DNA of 64,000 nt from Scyliorhinus canicula (lineage: Eukaryota), in contig NC_052158.1 in NCBI RefSeq assembly GCF_902713615.1, positions 32,033,990 to 32,097,989 on the forward strand, in the 5' to 3' direction. The position numbers were made by a program, and so were the translations under genes. Of the stretch, positions 58,360 through 64,000 are shown piece by piece (position 1 is the first letter of the stretch; every line of letters begins with the position of its first letter). The notes below the pieces were generated by a model that had not been told where the DNA came from, ran no database searches, and worked only from the letters and a program-made list of their open reading frames with translations.

Positions 58360-59165
58360 TAATTCAAGGGATGTGTGCATTGCTGGCTAGGCCAGTACTT
58401 ATTGCCCATCCCTAATTTCTCTTTAGAAGGTGGTGGTTGAACTGTCTTATTGAACTGGTGTAGGTACATCCAGGGTGCTGTTAGTGAGAGGCATCAGCGA
58501 TACATTTCTATGCTTCTGATATATTTCTTTGTTACCACAAAGAGCAAACGTGTGGCGGTGTCCACGGTCTTCATTCTTGTAAAACTCAACGTGAGATTTA
58601 TTAAGGGTGTCACTCAAATTGATGATCTAGATGATGATCTGCTTAAAGCTCTGCTGACATCACTACACATCACGTGACTCATAACCAGCAGGAATGTGTT
58701 TCCTGGTAATTTCCAACTCAGAATGGTGAATGACCTGAAGGCGTTTGAAAGCTGCTGTCTAAAGAAACTTGGTGAGTTACTGCAGTGCATCTTGTAGATG
58801 GTACACACGGCTGCCACTGTACATCCATGGTGGAGGGCCTGAATGGTTATGGAATGGAACATGATTCTGCTTTGTCCTGGATGGTTTTGAGCTCTTTGAG
58901 CGATGCAGCTGCACTCAACCAAGCAGTTAGGCATTATTCCGTCACACTCCTGACATCTGCCTTGCAGATAGTGAACAGGCTTTGGGGGGTCAGGAGGTGA
59001 GTTACTCGCCACAGGATTCCTGGTCTCTGACCTGCTCTTGCAGCCATAGCATTTATATAGCTGGTCTAGTTCAGTTTCTGGTCAATGGTAATCCGCAAGA
59101 TGTTGCTAATGGGGATACGGTGATGGTAATGACATTGAATGTCAAGGGGCAATGCTTAGATTATC
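58360..59165 (-). mobile_element. Non-CR1 LINE 3' fragment
   Basis: ALHHGCTVAAVCTIYKMHCSNSP on the minus strand. Confidence 0.75.
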
Positions 59166-59169
59166 CATT

Positions 59170-59397
59170 TGTGGTAGTCTGTATTAGGGGTATTACGGTA
59201 CCTAGGTTGGAGGTACCTGATTCTGTAAGACTATTGGTGAAGCCTGCCTACTGGTTCCGCCCAGTAAGGCGGAGTATAAGAGTCTGTGTCTCCCTAACTG
59301 CTGCACTTTGCACCTGCGCTGCTGGGGGAAACATCTAGTCCAATAAAGCCTTCAATTGTACTCCAATCTCGCTTCAAGAGTTATTGATCGTGCAGCA
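59170..59397 (+). mobile_element. Solo LTR (228 bp), 5-bp TSD CCATT
   Basis: TGTGGT...GCAGCA termini, TATAA and AATAAA; CCATT at 59165-59169 and 59398-59402. Confidence 0.88.
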
Positions 59398-59421
59398 CCA
59401 TTATTGGAGGGAATTTGATTA

Positions 59422-59972
59422 TGTGAGCTTACTTTGACACATTGTTTAGTTAGCATGCTGCACGAGAGGCTGTCACCTCCTTTTATTAGTTTGTTTTGAT
59501 CATTTGTTTTATTAATAAATGAGAAAGTAAAGAGTTGGGAATCCTGCTCCTGGGCCAGGCCCGGCCAAGCTGCCAGGTCGAAGCGGTCGAGGATAGGGGG
59601 GTCACCTTGCCTGACTGTCTGACCCTCTTCCCAGTCACTTAAGCAGACAGACGAGAAGCAACTAAAACATGTCAGAAGAGTTAGGTTTAAAGAAGAAGCA
59701 TAAAGCACAAAAATGAGAGTTATAACACGCACGGGTCTTACCAGGGAGGAATGATTAACTATCCCGTGGATCTTGCAGAATACACGCTCCCCCGCTAAGT
59801 GGGGGGTGGGGAGCATTAACAATATCTGGTTGTGTATAAATAGAGTCGGTGAGTAAGGCACCGAATAGGGAAGACTCAGTGGGGAACTACTGGAGCTGGA
59901 TATAATAGTCGTGGTAAAATAAAGTAAGTTTTTGTTTCAAAACACTCTGTGTGGAGTCTTCGTGGTCCTTAG
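59422..59972 (+). mobile_element. Probable solo LTR
   Basis: TATAAA and AATAAA near the 3' end, ending ttcgtggtcctta; ends not confirmed by a TSD. Confidence 0.45.
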
Positions 59973-60954
59973 AAAAGAGAGGGAGAGCGATTTAGAGAGA
60001 AAATTTCAGAGAGGGCTTTGACAGCTGAAAGTCTGGCCACAATTGTAATTAAATCGGAGATGTTAAGAGGCAGAAGTGAGCTGAATTGCAGATATAAAGG
60101 AGGATTTTAGGGATATGGGAGATTACAGATATAGGAAGGGTGCCATCGAGCGATCTGAAACCAAGGATGAAAGTTTCAAATCAAGGTGCTCCTTAATAAT
60201 GATCCAGTTTAACTCAAAAGAACAGAGGAGTGATGGGAGATTCTGGAAAGTTCCCATCAGACTGGATAATAGCGAATGTAACACCTTCATTCATGAAAGG
60301 TGGGAGACAGAAAGCAGGGGTCTGCAGGGCACTTAGCTTAACATCTGTCATCGGGAAAATGCAGGAATCTATTATTAAGGAGGTTATATCAGGGCATTTA
60401 GAAAATCTCAATGCCGTCAGGCAGCATTAACCTAGTTTTGTAAAAGGGAAATCATGTTTGACTAATTTATTAGAGTTCTTTGAGGAATTTGCATGTCCCA
60501 TGCATAAAGGGTTGATGTGATGTTCTTGGATTTCCTAAAAGGATTTGCTCTGGTGCCATATTAAATATTACTGCACAAAGGAGGAGCTCCTGGTGTGGAG
60601 AGTAACATAATAGAATGGATAGAGGTTTGGTTAGCTAACAGGAAGCAGAGAGGATGGAGAAAAGTGTCATGTTTAGTTCAGCCGCTGACACTGGTGAAGG
60701 GCCACAGAGATCAATACAGAAGCTTTAACTATTCACAATCTATGGGCGCGATCTACTGCCCATACTATGCCCAAAAGGCAGCACGGCACAGTGCAACACG
60801 ACTGCTAGATGCCGGGGATCCCTCTTCCAGGATCTATCCGGCTTACCATGCCTTGCGAGATCTAACGCAATCTCATGAGATGTCGCGATGTGGATCTCAC
60901 CCCTTGTGAGAGGGATTACCTTTTAGCAAACCTGCATATTTCCAAGTCGGGCAG

Positions 60955-61255
60955 CATATAGCACAGTAGTTAGCACTGTTGTTTCACAGCACCAGGGGCC
61001 CAGGTTCGATTCCCGGCTTGGGTCACTGTGGGGAGTCTGCACGTTATCCCGGTGTCTGGGTGGTTTTCCTCCGGGTGCTCCGGTTTCCTCCCACAAGCCC
61101 TGAATGACATGCTGTTGGGTGAATTGTATATTCTGAATTCTCCCTCTGTGTACCCGAACAAACGCCGGAGTGTGGCAACTAGGGGGTTTTCACAGTAACT
61201 TCATTGAAGTGTTCATGTAAGCCTACTTGTGACAATAAATATCATTATTCTTAAA
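60955..61255 (+). mobile_element. SINE, third tail type
   Basis: Same head, then gaattctccctctgtgtacccgaac...gcctacttgtgacaataa. Confidence 0.85.
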
Positions 61256-62091
61256 GATTATTAATTGTGAATGAGACAGCTATTCTCACTCTAATACGCA
61301 TTCCCACAATCTACCCAAGGTGGGGGACCTTAACTCCCTCACCTTGGAGCCTTCAGGTGAGTGCCATTCAGTGCTGGTCTCCACAAATGGGGTCCAGACG
61401 AAACAGCACTCTGAGGAGACTTCCAGTGAACCGGGAGTCACCTAGTGCTTTCCCGCTGGGTAGGGTGACACTCTGGCAGGGGCAGTGCCAGGCTGGCATT
61501 TTTCCTGCGCTGTGGGTCGGACCCAGGGTTTCCCTGTGTGAGTGTGTTTGGGGGAGGGGGGGAATGCTGAGGCCCATTTTATCCGTGATTTGGGGCTTGG
61601 TGGAGGTGCAGGGCGGTTGAGAGATTGATCTCATCCTGCACTGAGGAAATCCGGTGAGCAGAGTTCGTCAGTGCAGTAAACGTTGAAGCCCCAATCTACC
61701 CTAATGGCCGATGAATAGTGTGGTGTATCTCGGCGCTCCAAGCACCAGGTAACGCCCAGCTAATTGCGCTAACAGACTCTGTTCGCATTGGATAGGTCAC
61801 ACGGAAGAAAGGACTGAATGCATGGCTACTAAATTTGCTGATTTCAGAAAGCTAGGTAGGAATGTGAGTTATGAAGAGCACGTAAGATGTCTGCAAAGGG
61901 ATAACAAAGGGATGCAAAGAGACATACAGCGTGGACAAAAAATTGACAGATAATTCATGGCCAGAATTCTCCAGCAGTTCGCTGGCTGCATGATTCTCTG
62001 GTCCCTCCGGGAGCATATCCCAGCCGGCAGGATTCCCAGCGGCATGGGGTTATTTCACTGGGAAATCTCATTGACAGCGGTGAGCGTTTAG

Positions 62092-62415
62092 AATCATAGA
62101 ATCCATATAGTGCAGAAGGAGGCTATTAGGCTCATCAGGTTTGCACTGAACCCCTGGAAGAGCACCCTACCCAGGCCCACTCCCCCGCCCTATCCCCATA
62201 ACCCAACATAATCTGCACATTTTAGGGCACTGCGAGGCAATTTTAGCTTGCCCAATCCACTAACCTGCACATCTTTGGGAGGGAACCGGAGCACCCAGAG
62301 GGAACGCATGCAGACAAGAGGAGAAAGTACAAACTCCGCACCGACAGTCACCCAAGGGCTGGAATTCAACTCGAGTCCCAGGCGCTGAGGCAGCATTGCT
62401 AACCACTGTGCTGCT
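62092..62415 (-). mobile_element. Long-form SINE
   Basis: Reverse-complement head and atagaatc tail. Confidence 0.8.
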
Positions 62416-63049
62416 GCCAGCGAACGGTGCAGCAAACGGTGCAGCCAAATTCTCCATTCTGACAATGACAAATCCACACCACAATGTATGTAAATGTGAA
62501 CCTGTCCACTTTGAAAGGAAAAATAGAAAAGCAATACATTATTCAAATGACAAGAGATTGCAGAACTCTACAGTACACAAGTACCTGGAAGCCTTGGTAC
62601 AGGAATCGCTCAAAGCTAGTAAGCGGTTACAGCAAGTGATTAGCAAGTCAAGTGGAATATTATCTTTTGCAAAGGGAATGGAATATCAAACTGTGCAAAT
62701 TTTCCTGTGATGTGCAGAGCTTAAATAAGGCCAAATCTGGCGTATCATCAGCAAGTTTCGTCTTCACATTTAAGAAAGGAAATAAATGCATTCGAAGCAG
62801 ATCAGAGAAGGTTCACTCGACTGCTATCTTATGAGGTATCTTATGAGGAACGTTCAGAGAGGTTGGGCCTGTACCAGTTGGAGTTGAGAATTATGAGAGG
62901 TGATCTTATTGAAACATAATATCCTGAAGGGGACTTGATAGGGAGGGTGCTTATGGGAGAGACTAGAACGAGGTGTTACAGATGAAAACTAAAGATTCCC
63001 ATTTAAAACTTGAGTTGAGGAGAATTTTATTTTCACTCAAGAGGGTTGT

Positions 63050-63250
63050 TAGTGGGCTGTACGGTGGTGCAGTGGCTATCACTGCTGCCTCACAGTGATG
63101 AGGACCTGGGTTTCGATCCCGGCCCTAGGTCACTGTCCATATTTGCGCGGGTCTCACCCCCACAACCCAATGATGTGCAGGGTAAATCGAATGGCAACAC
63201 GAACTTGCCTCTTAATTGGGAAAAAAAGAATTGGAAACTTTAAATTTGCG
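63050..63250 (+). mobile_element. Short-form SINE (diverged)
   Basis: Head and cttaattggg...AT-rich tail. Confidence 0.75.
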
Positions 63251-63289
63251 CACGTCGAGAAGACACAGTCGGAGTGAGGAACATTCAGA

Positions 63290-64000
63290 GTGGGAAGTTA
63301 GAACTTGGTAATTTGGTGCAGTGAGGTAATTTGGTGCAGAGTGGGAGAAGGTACTTTTTCCCTGCTGTTTTGTTCTCTCTCTTTCTTCTGGCCTGTAACT
63401 TTTAATCTGCAGGGAGAGAACCAGGGAGCATCTGAGACCCTGGGTGAGTTCTCCCAGTGAGCCAGAGAAGACACAGCTAGAGTGAGGCACAACAAAGAGT
63501 GAGCTTGGGAATTTGAAACTAGGTTGAAGCAAGAAGTGTGTTCAGTTGAAGCTCCTGTTAGACCGCTTGATGGCTCTGGAGCTGCGGATGGACTCACTTT
63601 GGAGCATCCGTGATGCTGAGGACGTCGTGGATAGCACGTTTAACGAGTTGATCACACCGCAGGTGAAAGTTACTGAGGGAGATAGAAAATGGGTGACCAA
63701 AAGACAGAGCAAGAGTAGGAAGGCCGTGCATGTGTCCCCTGTGGTCATCTCCCTGCAAAACAGATATACCGCTTTGGATACTGTTGAGGGAGATGGCTCA
63801 CCAGGGGAAGGCAGAAGCAGACAGGTTCATGGCACCGTGGCTGCTTCTGCTGCACAGAAGGGCTGGAAGAAAAATGGCAGGGCTATAGTGATAGGGGACT
63901 CAATCGTAAGGGGAATAGACAGGCAGTTCTGCGGTCGCAACGGAGACTCAAGGATGCTATGTTGCCTCCCTGGTGAAAGGGTCAAGGATGTCTCAGAGCG
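63290..64000 (+). mobile_element. CR1 LINE 5' region with ORF1 SGNH-esterase start (open from ~63530 to the window end)
   Basis: CKKCVQLKLL...ISLQNRYTALD...AIVIGDSIVRGIDR.FCG...MLCCLPGERVKDVSE (GDS esterase motif of CR1 ORF1). Confidence 0.85.

Overview
Repeat-dense vertebrate genomic DNA, most consistent with a cartilaginous fish (shark). That assignment is an inference from HE1/V-SINE-type and DeuSINE-type SINEs, CR1 and Rex1/Babar LINEs, GC-rich Harbinger MITEs and a shark-like MHC tail. The only host gene I can support is a + strand MHC class I heavy-chain gene. Its exons are alpha1 44991-45251, alpha2 45423-45695, alpha3 46286-46549, TM 54127-54222 and cytoplasmic 56305-56337 and 56745-56792. 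It has a TAG at a conserved Trp in alpha1, so it is most likely a pseudogene, and I could not firmly identify its leader exon. The rest is nested transposons (Gypsy fragment and solo LTRs, CR1, Rex1, a second LINE family, Harbinger, hAT/Buster, several SINE types) and minisatellites. Most long ORFs in the track are read-throughs of minisatellites or GC-rich MITEs. The most unusual signals are four: (i) minisatellites grown out of functional or mobile sequence (the alpha2 splice donor, the alpha1 acceptor region, a DeuSINE body, a LINE fragment); (ii) a four-copy 91-bp repeat whose unit looks like an ISRE/X-box/CCAAT class I promoter module; (iii) SINEs with one shared head but different tails and TSD behaviour; (iv) a few orphan phase-1 exon candidates. 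I see no firm evidence for a wholly new multi-gene system. All alignments were done by eye and no database searches were run.
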